Source of the DNA: Antedon mediterranea
Lineage: Eukaryota; Animalia; Echinodermata
DNA: 64,000 nucleotides
Direction: 5' to 3'
NCBI RefSeq assembly: GCF_964355755.1
Contig: NC_092679.1
Location: 6,726,201-6,790,200, forward strand
In this document: positions 49,401 to 61,400 of the stretch, piece after piece
How the letters are laid out: every line of letters starts with the position of its first letter
Numbering within the stretch: the first letter of the stretch is position 1
Notes under the pieces: generated by a model
What the model was told of the DNA's origin: nothing
Databases searched by the model: none
Seen by the model: the letters and a program-made list of their open reading frames with translations, nothing else
Program-made: the position numbers and the translations under genes

Positions 49401-52400
49401 TGTACACATCAAGCTCATGTGCACTTTAAAGAACCTAGTGCATCTTTTGAGATGAGTAGGGGGTCACCCCGGTGTACTAGTACACACACAGCCACTGTCA
49501 CTCGCAGACACTGATCATAGCTGGGCCCTCTGGAAAGCCATTCATTGACTGAGGTCAGAGGTCACCCAGTATAAATAAATACAAATATGACTAACCTTCT
49601 AAGATATCTTGTAGAAGACAAATGATTGCGTGAGAAGCCCATGGACCGCCCCAAGAAGCTGCACCACAATTGAACTTTGACCCAACACACAACATCAACA
49701 ACTGCTGAAGCTGCTGTTGTGTCATTACCTCAGCAAGTGTAATTGCCGGCCTGGTAGAGTTGCAGATCCTTGCAAGTACCTGAATTGTAAAAAAATGAAT
49801 GTTAATATCCATACATCTACTTTCTAGTTATGAAAGTTAAAAGCAAACTAACTAGGCTTTTATTGGAATCTGGGAAATCTCACCTTGCATGCTACAAGGA
49901 ATAGATCCACATGGCAGGTGAAATCCATAGATAGCAACAACTGTGTAAGTCCCTGGACAACAGGTAAACACTGCTCTCTTGGTAGTCTAATCTGGGCCTG
50001 GAAAATATCTGCTGGCTTCTCTGAAGCATCATCATCCCCCTTGCTGTCTTTCTCCCCCTTGCTGTGTAGTTCTTGGTAGGCCAGCCGTCTGATTCTTAGT
50101 AGATCTTTGGAATGCTGTGAAAAAAATTTTTGTTTAAATTTAGATTAAACATGCTTGCATGAGGTAATACTGAATGTACCAAATGGTACGGGTTGTGGTC
50201 AGGGGGTTTAAAGTTCTTGCTGGCCTAAATATTTTTATTTATTTATATTGAGTGGTCTAGACATCGGAATCGTAACATGTAGCACCATATCTATATAATA
50301 TGTAATACCAGCAAGTTTTCAATGCTCACTTGGTCCATGGTTCTAGATGTAGAACGAGGGTTCTTGGACAACCACTATAAACCATAGGCCCAGTGCACAC
50401 AAAATGCTTGTGTGCACTTTATAGATCCTAGTACATCTTTCAAGACGAGTAGGAGGTTCACTACATAGTTCACACCAGTTCACACACAGTCACTGTCACT
50501 CACAGCCTCTACTTAAAGTAGGCCTTCTGGTAGGTTCAGTAATATGTTGCATGCGTTGGTGCAATAATGTGATCGATTTTGCAACTTGACAATAAAGATA
50601 AAGAACCTCACATCATTAAGTTAGTAGTAAATAGTTGTACTTTTAAAATAATTTGCTATAACCATAAAATATACGTTTTATTGATGTTATGTGCATGCAT
50701 GGATATACAGTATATATATATATATATAAACACAAGAGGCAAAGAACATTAATTCTAAACCGCCCGGTGATATACTGAAATTTAATTAATTAATTTGAAA
50801 CGAAAAAAAAAAAAAAATTTCTCATTCTCACAGATTTCCTCATCTTTATCGTTTCAAATGATATATATATATATAATACAACGAGGGCAAGGATCTGCAA
50901 CTCTACCAGGCCGGCAATTACAGGCGGTCCGAGTTCGAGTCTCGGTTGGGGCGACTTTTTCTCATTCTCACAGATTTCCTCATCTTTATCGTTTCAAATT
51001 AATTGATTAAATTTCAGTATATCACCGGGCGGTTTAGAATTAATGTTCTTTGCCTGATTTGTTTATATATATAAAAGTATCTCTTCGGAGATCCCGCCTC
51101 GTGAATAAAAATACTGTAAGATGAGGGCGTATCAATTTGATCTCTGGTGCGCGTGCGTACAACTGAGGACTAGTGCTGTTCCGCCGTACCACGCCGAGAA
51201 TGTTAAAGAGTCGCTATCCAATCGAGTTCGAACAATACCATGAAAGCCCCAGTGGTCTAATGGTTAGGACATCTGCATATCAAGCAGGCGGTCCGAGTTC
51301 GAGTCTCGGTTGGGGCGACTTTTTCTCATTCTCACAGATTTCCTCATCTTTATCGTTTCAAATTAATTAATTAAATTTCAGTATATCACCGGGCGGTTTA
51401 GAATTAATGTTCTTTGCCTGATTTGTTTATATATATATATATATATATATATACTACTTTATTGAATTGTACTGTTTTTATATTTTTGTTTTTGTTGTTT
51501 TGTATATATAGTATATATACGTTAAGTCTGGAAAAGAAGTAAAAACTACAGTTTGGTCTCTACAGGCTTGTTTCGTGAGTCGTGCAACTCACTTATCAGG
51601 AGACTATAATGAGAACAATCAATTACAACGTTGCTTATAAGCACATTTACATTTTATATAGTATATATGTATTTGTATAATGTACTGTTGTATAGCAACA
51701 ACATGAATAAATGTGGGTGACAGCCACGAAAGAGAAAAAAAAAAGATCTTCACATCACTTAAAATAGATAAAGTGGAGGAGCCTAATTAAATGCAACTCC
51801 TGTAATCTCTTTACAGAATTTCGAGAACAATTACCTTAGATTTGTGTTGTTTGTATTCCTTGAATACCTTTTGCAATACAAGTGGGTCTTTGTCTTTACC
51901 TTCTTCCACCAACATTGTCTGTATAGCTTTATGCTTGCTCTGAACAAAAAGAATTGTTTATTATTAAATAAAAATAATCTATATTATCATAGAACTAAGC
52001 CAAAATTTGTTCCTCTATCCGATACTAGCGCCGGGCACCTTTTAATTCCCCTTTATCCATTAGCCTATATTAGAACGGAAAATTTGTACGAAAAATGTGC
52101 TAGACCAATTTTTTGCAACTGCCGAATGCTGCGTTTGGTAATTCTATGCACTTTATTTCCTACGTCGCAATTAAGTCACTCGGTTCATTAGCAATACATA
52201 CATTTATAGATTTGTATACTGCATTGTAAAATAATATTACTGTAGTTTTTGTTTGAATCCCGAACCTTAAAATCATTATAAAATGGTGCCCATCCATTGG
52301 ACGGGTCGGGTACCTGTTAGTAAATATAAATAGCAAACTACCATCATCTTCAATACTGTAGTGACATAAATATGTTGCTGAATTGTTCTCTCACTTTAAA

Positions 52401-55400
52401 TTTAATAAGAAGAATTCTTCTTTATGGTGATCTTAAAGCTTTGTTCCCACTTAGACGCAACACAATTGTGTACGCCCACCGTAAGTAATTTGACCAATCA
52501 TGATGTGATGGGTCATCAAACTGCCACTTGTGATTGGTCAACTCACTTCGTACTTGCACCCAAGAGGGAACAAGCTTTAATGTTCAATAATTAATAAATC
52601 CTTACTTCTAATTGTTTAATTTGTTCTTTGTGCATTTTCATCTGTTTTGCAAGCCTCTGACACTGTGCTTGATTTGTAGTGCCTCGTTGAGTCTTGGGCA
52701 CTTCTGTCGTTGTCAGGTCCAAGTTAATGAAGTCCCATCTACTACCAGCTAAAACATAAGAAAGAATCAAATTAGATTAGCATTAGAAACAAACATTGTA
52801 CTGTGTGCTGTTGACTGCATGTAGCCTAGGCTTACATTCTAGGCCTATTTATTATTTATCCATGGAACACAATGAAACAATATAGAGCAGAACCTCTACT
52901 TTGGAACATCAAGGGAACATTTTCCTGTGAATTAAATGTCAGGCATACTGTGTATATATATACAATTGTTGAGGCCAATTTACACAGACGAGCGGTAATG
53001 GTAATAAAAATATAGAATCTATGATATTCCTTATGGTTTCAGCTAAGGATAGATACAGATTATACATGGGACAAGCTACGTGGTTTTTCGCTAACCACTA
53101 TCGCTCATCTGTGTAAATTGGCCTTTAAGGTACATATTATTTTTAATTAAATTAGAAGTTTACCTTTTCGTTTAGTTTTCTTTTCAGCCTCCTTAGCAGC
53201 TGCAACATCATTGCCATTTTCATCCTCTTCAGTTGGTACATCTGCCGCTGGTGGCGTTGCTTGTTCAAGTGTACGTGATAAGAATAACAGTACCCAACCA
53301 ACCAATGGTAAATCAAGGTTCCCTAGAATACATAAGAGAAAAAGCGTAACTGTATTGCAAATGTTCTATCCACATGGAACAGCTGTGGATGCGGATGATA
53401 GTGAGCTTTCGTTTTTGGACGATAGACAGAAGGAGATGGTAGATGGAAGAAGACGGTAATTTTTGTGAAGAAAAATCTGTGCATGCGTATAAGCCCACAC
53501 AGTTCCATTCACTGGTCGATTTATTGCTTGTCTTGCGTCTAGCATCTCAACGAAAGCTCAATATTGGTGGTACAGAGAAATGAATTTTCAAAACTGTAAG
53601 CTGTGTTCAGTTAAGCCTAGTCTACACTATAAAACTAGTTTGACAAAAAAAGTGTGATGGTAGTGATGTGCCCAAATATGGTAGTGATAAGATATCATCA
53701 TATCCATATATGGGCACAAAACTTTTTTTTTGTCACCTAAAGTTTGATAGTGTAGACAGAGCTTTCAGTTTACCTCTACAACTCCTATAATATCCTTGTG
53801 TATTTTGTAGTGGGGACAGCATCTTGCCAAGAAGTGCCAGGAAATGTTCCAACACACCCATGTTGCCTGACATAATTGACTTATGACCCATCAGTGTTAG
53901 CAGAACAAATACCCTGAAGAAAAAAATTAAACTCAATAATATGACGGAAAAAATGCAAACAACTGACTCAAGTGAATAAAGTGGATGACATAAAAAAGGA
54001 TTTTTTTTTGTCATATTTGGCTTGTCATAATTGCTTCCACCGGAAACAGTGCTACTAATTTTAATAGAATTAGACAATATAGTATTAAGAATACATTGTT
54101 TTAAATTACATAATTATGGATTAGTTATCTAAATGGCTAATCTTAATTGACCCCACCATACACATTTATTGACACATCAAATATTATTAACAGATTACTA
54201 GTATTAATAATTTATATCATAATGTAGATCGAATAAGGGTGGTATAAGCCACAAAATAAAAATAAATACACATTTATTGATACTAACCTCTCTTGGGGGA
54301 AAACTTCTGCTTGTTCAGAATGAAAGAGCTCCTCTAAAGTTGTAGCTAGAAACTCGCCCCACCAGGCCTGCGATTGACACACGCGCTGCAGCAGTGCTCC
54401 GGTAGTGACACGTACACGTGGAGTTCCACACATGATCAGATCCTTGAAAAGCGCCTTACAGCTCTCCATACTCATTATATGCAAGAGCGCCGCCGGAGGA
54501 CTTGGATTCAATGACGTTATACTGATGAGGCAGACAACAAGGTATTCGGCTACAACGCGGAGCTGATCTCCGGAAGCGGCTTTTATGGATGATTCTTTAT
54601 TGAGCATCTCAAACTGGCTGTCATCGTCTTCAACTTGTTTTAACCGATTTACCACCCTTTGAACTAAGTTTAATTGATTCTGTAGTTGGATACATTCCAT
54701 GTACGCTTTTCGCATTTTAGTAGACATCCCATTCTTTTCGTCTTTTTTAGATGCTTGGCCCAGGCTTTGATATGTACTATGAGCTGCATCTAATAAATGT
54801 TCTAAACGGTCACACGCAAGTCGATAACGACAGTGAATATCTTCGCGTAACATAGCAACAGATTGTGTGTACTGTTCTGCAGAAACCGAATCGTCTGCTG
54901 AGCTTACGGCCGAAGAGAGTAAGCTTGCAACATGTTGTTCTTGTTCCCATGGAAACACAAAAGAATGTCCATAAAAACAGCCAATTGGTATCTTTGTTCT
55001 AACGGTATTGCGACCATATCTACCAATCACAGTAATCTAAAATCAAACACAGTCAGTATATATTATAAGAGACAGACATACAACAATACCTTTAATTATT
55101 TTGTTCAAACCTATTTATACAAAATATTAAACTTACCTTGACATATCTACAGAGAGGTGGAGGCAGAAGGTCATTCATGGTCAAGTCTCTTTTGCTAATG
55201 TCCATTGACACCACTAGTCGTTGACCATCAACTTCTTCTCCTTGGGACCACAGATCAATTGAAAGTGAGGCCAACTCAGTACATGAGGGGATAAAGACAT
55301 CCGTCAAAAGAATTGGCCGTCCGAAATCGAGCGTCACGTAACGCCGTGCACCTGTAAGAGATTTAGAATTTATTGTAAGTCATATTTATATTACTATAAG

Positions 55401-58400
55401 TATATATTATTATATATTACTTTAAAAACATAAAACAGGTCATTATTTGTCTTAAATGTACGTACGTAAATGTACATATTTTATGGTAAATTATGATAAA
55501 AAGAGAGAAACAATGCACTACCTAAGTAGCTTGCTGTGAACGTCCTCTGTCTGACTCTATTTTAAGAACCACACCAACCAAGAATAAAAAACATACCTGA
55601 ATGCATTCTATCAATAACCAACAGATGTGGTTGGGGTGGTTGAATCAAACTCTGTACGCACACAGTACTGGCAGACTTTGTGTTCTGACCACCAACAGCG
55701 GGGGACTTGGATGTTCCACTACTAATTCCATTCTGTAACAAATAACATTAGTTAAAACATTTTCTACAAAGTAATAGTATGGTGCTCATTAAAGCGTGGT
55801 TCCCACTAGAACAACAAGCTGGTTTGATTTCACGCAGGTAGGTGCAAACACAATTATTGGAAGGGCATTTTGTTATGTTGCGTCTCTAGTGGGAAGCACG
55901 CTTAGAAGAAAAAGTGGACATAGATGTAGATAAAATAAATTTGACGGACACCTGGGCTATGTTAGAGTTGTGCAAGAGCATAGGAGGTATTGTGAAGTGT
56001 ACAAACCATAAAAGGTTATGTTATTTCAACCAAAACAAGTTAATTACATTTTTGTATACCATATTCATGCAGGTATATCAACTCATGCATCTTGTTTACA
56101 CAGGTTACATAAATTACAATATGGTGTACGCTGGCAATACAATGACATAGGAACCTAAATTAAGGGGACATTTCTGGACCCAACAAACTGTCCCCTTTAA
56201 TATGTGTGCCCTGAATAGGGGGTTGACCATAGCGTCAATATATTGTGCCTAATGTGTTCAATGTGAAACTCTCCTATGATAGGGATGTTTCCTGAATAGG
56301 GGTAGGCCATAGTTTTATTTTAATATATTGCTCCTAATTTGTTAGTCTAAATGTTCCATGAATAGGGGATAGCTAATATAGTTTTAACATTATATTTTCC
56401 CATAATTTGTGTCATGCGAATCAGTTCCCTTAATACTATAGGGCTGTTTCCTGAACAGGGGTGTCCCTAAGTGTTTGGGGGAGGGGGGAGGGGGTTGTGT
56501 TTTATAGTATACTGTGCAAAACACACACAGTAAAATTTGCCATGTTAATCCTGAATTTGAATGGTTAGACTGTTAAGCTCACCTTTCCTGCTGGGCCTTG
56601 TGAGATAGCCTGTGCAAAGCTTTTGCCAGGGCTCAGATACAATGAGGGGCCTGCTACATAGGGTTGTAATGTGTAGCTTAGGCTACTTGCTTTAGACTGG
56701 CTTGGGTAGTCCATGTGAGGCAAGCCAAATGGGTACAGTTTTTGTTTCTAGAAAGTAAGTAGAGCACTATTAGTTTGTAAATTGTAATAGTGCATTTGTT
56801 GGTAACTTATAATAGAAAAATTTCTTTTAATGCAGGAAGCCAATATTGGGGTTATACCACTGGTAAAATTGAACAAGCCTAAACAACACCATTAGTACGC
56901 AAGTGTACAGTGACCTATTAAATGAATAGTGTCCTTAAAAAAAATAACAGTTATTAATGCTGCACATTAGAAAAGTGTTATACTGTTGCTTTAAAACCAT
57001 AAATTGATTTCTCAAGAAAAAAAAATGTAATAAGCTCTAAAAACTGTTACTGCATATTATTGATGACATAATAAATAAAAACTGTATTTTTTTGTACATA
57101 TTAGTCTGTTAAAGTGCTTAAAAAATAAACTATTTATAAAGAAAAGTTTGTTATACCACAACATACTAAATGCATGTATTGATTGTATTGATATAAGTTG
57201 ATCCTGTGTTATTTTCACAATGTGGTATCCATATGTATTGTTTAAAAAATAAACTACAAAGAAATGTGTGTTATACCACAACATACTAAATGCATGTATA
57301 AGTTGATCCTGTGTTAATATTTTCACAATGTGGTATCCATATGTATTGTTTAATGATTGACATCCAATCCAATATGGGGTCAAAGGATGAGGTCATACTG
57401 GGTGAGTTTGGAAATATACAAAATTAAAAGCCTGTCTATTGATGTATAATGTTGTGTAGTTCTTTCCACATATCACATATCGACCTGTGAAGTGATAAAT
57501 GTTGTGACTTCTCATCTTTCCAATGAACCAATTCCTACACTAAAAAAGATGTGTTCAAATTGATATCATTACCTGCAATTGATGTTCAGTCATAGCGTTT
57601 GATAAAGCTGACAATGTTGATACCGGTCCGCTACCACCAGACTCTTTTGCATTCATACCACCAGCATGAAGACTTGGTACTGGTGTTCCTTCTGTATAAC
57701 ATTAAATAAAAACAATTTTTAAGAGACAGTGTAAAGCTCAGTCTACACTATCTAAACTAGTTTGACAAAAAAAAAAAGGTGTGCCCAAATATGGTAGTGA
57801 TATGGCCAAATATAGTAGTTTGATAGTGTAGACAAGGCTTAAACTTTCAAATGTTTATTAAATGGTGAATATAGACATTTACAAATACACAATTTTGGTC
57901 AAAACATACATCTGCCCTATTTTTGTTTCACAGGAAAGTATCCTCTTCTCTAGGCGAATTTGTCCGCGCAAATCGAAAGCGCCATGCAGTGCACATGCAT
58001 ATTTAAGTTTCCATCTCACAAGTACCTCTCTACGCATATGTATAAGCATACACTGTCGATTCGCGCGAACAAATTCGCCTACTGTAAATTCGGCTTTACA
58101 AGGCATGTCTCCTGAATAATAGGGATGTCCAAAAGGAGGGGTTTGTTGTATTTGTATATTCAGCAACTTACATTCTAAGAGGCTGAAACATTTTTACCAA
58201 GAAAACTAGAACCAGACAAAAACTTACCGATACCAGTTTTCTTAACTTGAGTGCCATCACTGGTAGCACAACATACAAAGTGCAATGGTTCCACTTCCAG
58301 GATGCCCTTCATCATCACTCCACCAGGAGCAGGAACCAACTCCCCATTTCCGTTACCATTCCCTTTGCCATTTTCACCGGCAAGGATCTTTCCATCTCCA

Positions 58401-61400
58401 ACCATGCTCTGTTGAAAGTGCGGAGTTGTTGTTGGAAGAGTGGGTGCAAATGTGTTCATTGACTGTTGAATGCTGTTAGTGGATGGTGTGGTGCTGGATT
58501 TAGCAGGTAGAAAGATTGCTGGACCATCAAACATCACAGCATCCAATGGTGTGCCATAGAGTCCATACCTAGAAAAAAAATACATTTAGGGCTATAGGCT
58601 AGGCTATTTTTTTTTTCTGTTGTCTTGGTCAATTTATTCGGTTTTCTTAGGTTATTTCGTGGTTTATTTTACATCAACATTTTCACACTTCAGCGCATAG
58701 AGACTATTTGTATTTTGCGCTATATAAATTTAAAACCATTAAACCATTAATAGAATATGTGAAGCCGACATTAGTACGGCATTTTTAAATGTTAATTCAC
58801 TGGCTACGGGGTAAAGCAAGATGTGGTTATTCTACTGCAATTACGGCAGTAACTATATTTTGTTTACTTTAACCTGTTTAGGTAATTATTTAGCAAGCTT
58901 TTCTGGCAAAAACTGTTTATTGCAGTGACTGACTAGCATTCATTTCTCTGCATTCAAACAAATTAAAATTGTACGTTACTGCAGTAAAGAAATGTAGTTA
59001 CTGCAGTAGAAATGGTCTCTTACAATATAATACCACTAGCGTTCCTGCTCCCAACCAGTAATCCATTCATAGAAACCTTGATGAAGTAAGCCTACATGGT
59101 GGTGACCATAGAACGGTCCCGAGATAACGACTATACTTCGGCTTTAGTTGATAGAAGATTGAATTATTGTTAGAGATAGAGTATACGATGAACAGGAAAA
59201 ACAATAGGGGTAACTAAAATTATATTGAAAATAACAAAATATATTTACTTTGCTCGTAACAATGCATGTTGTGGTAGCGTTTTCTCCTGCAGTTGCTTGG
59301 AAACAACATTCAGAAATGATGCACATGTTTCACTTGTAGACTCCAAGTCTCCAGACTTTACAAGGTTAAGGAGTAAGAAGAACCAGTGAAGTGACCCTGC
59401 AGAGGCTGCATTCAAGATTCTAGGAACCCACTGGAGTAAACCTTGCAACATAATGTCATGGAACTCTGCCATAAGCTGGTCACCTCGGTTTTTAGTGCAC
59501 CTTTAACAAAATATTATAATTAGTAAATAAAATAAAAACTGTTTTTATCAAAACATTTAATATGTACTCACAAGAAATCCATAAAAAAGAATATTCTGAA
59601 CTTACCCAATACACAGCATAAAAAGTTGGCTACAACGATGCGCTACAGATCTTCCAGACTCCAGGAAACAAACTCGTATTATATTACTCATTTCTTTACG
59701 TACTGCATCCACTATAGATGAAGATGTTCTAAACAAACAAACATATAAACATATAAATGCGGCTATACCAATGACCATTCACTATTCAGAGGCACTGTAG
59801 TTTACAGTGCATATTCAACTTTTCATTTTCTATGACATCAAGATACAAAGCTCACCTTCTCCATAGAATTTGTTAAGGCCTAAAAATGTAAAGCTCTGTA
59901 TACACTATCTAGTTTGACAAAACAAAGTGTGATGTGTCCAAATATGGTAGTGATATGACATCACTGTGTAAATATATGGGCACATCACATTTTGTTGTCA
60001 CATAAAGTTTGATAGTGTAGATGAAAAACTTACCTATTAGGTTCAGACACCTGCACACCTGCAACCCAACACAGGATGTCCAATGCTAAACTACGTGTGA
60101 ATTCCCGACTGCCGCAAAGGCCGCTCGATTTAGAATCAATTAGAATACTAACTATGTTTTCATGGAAGCTTGACGATTCTAACATTGCCAATCGTTGTAC
60201 TCTGAAAAAAAGAAGAAATTTATTAACAGTTTTAAAACATGTATTGCCATTCTTCATATAGGGTGAATTGGCTATAGTGCCATTAGACTTTTTATAATAG
60301 AAAAAAGAAAGGCCACATTTTTATACATTTATTAATGTGTGTATATAGTTTATTGTTTAGATTTATCAAACCCACATTGTTCATTTTTTTAATGATCTAA
60401 CAACAAATCTATCGTCATATAGTGTGTATTTGGCTAGTATTTTGAAGACAATTATACTATTTTATAGAAGAGTGAAAAAAACAAATGGTACATTTTTATA
60501 CATTACAATTAATGTGCGATATAGGATATAGGTTAGACTTATCAAACTCACATGTTGATTTTTTTCCCTTATTTTTTAAATGGTCACTAAAACAACCATC
60601 ATATATTGTGTATTTGGCTTGTATTTTGGAGAAAATTACAGTTTTTATGGTAGAACACAAAGTTAATTTTAAGTGAAAACCAAAAACCATCCTATTATAT
60701 TAAATTACAATTAATGTGTGTATATAGGATATTGCTTAGACTTTATAGACAAACCCACATTTTTTATTTACATTTGTGTATTTTGAAAATTTTAAAGCCT
60801 TGTCTACACTATCAAACTTAAAAATGTGTTGTCCATGTATGGTAGTGATATGGTCAAATATGGTAGTGATGAAAATTATCATGTCCATATTTGGGCAAAT
60901 CACATTTTTTTTACACATAAAGTTTGATAGTGTAGACAGAGCTAAACTACTGAATGTTCTTGCAAAATAAATTTGAACTTGAATTGAATTAAACTAGAAT
61001 AACTATAGCTTCAGAAGAGATTATAAAGTCTCACCTATCATTGAGTACGGTAATGCGTTTTGTCTTCCTTATAGTCACTGAAATTTCTTGTATCCAATCA
61101 ACACCTTGGATTTTGTCTAGGTCTTTGGTGAAGGCAAAGGCAGATATATGTTCAGAAGGGGTCACTGGCGGGGGGTTTTGAAACATTGTTAATATAAACG
61201 GCGGATCTAGAGTAAGAAAAATTGAAATGAATGTTATTGGGGGTTTATAAGAAGTTGTAGTAGCCGAGTGGGTAGGTCACTGTTGTACATGAAAGACCTG
61301 GGTTCAATTCCCAGTCCACTCGGCTGTAAATGAGTACTCAGTTGGATAAGGCAGCATGGAAAGGAACTGGACACCCTGCCATATAATGTCGAGGCTTAGT

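Noticed and set aside
51160-51250. Hammerhead ribozyme core (CTGAGGA...GAAA) in the tRNA-carrying repeat
   Set aside because: The other copy reads TTGAGGGA, and no convincing stems I-III could be drawn.
53395-53562. Intronic snoRNA or structured RNA candidate
   Set aside because: Only a short inverted repeat (gagctttcgtt/aacgaaagctc) is present, with no well-placed C/D or H/ACA boxes. It is more likely a decayed MITE.
60270-60790. Degenerate ~200-bp tandem repeats as a functional element
   Set aside because: They are highly diverged, AT-rich intronic duplications with no motif or ORF support.
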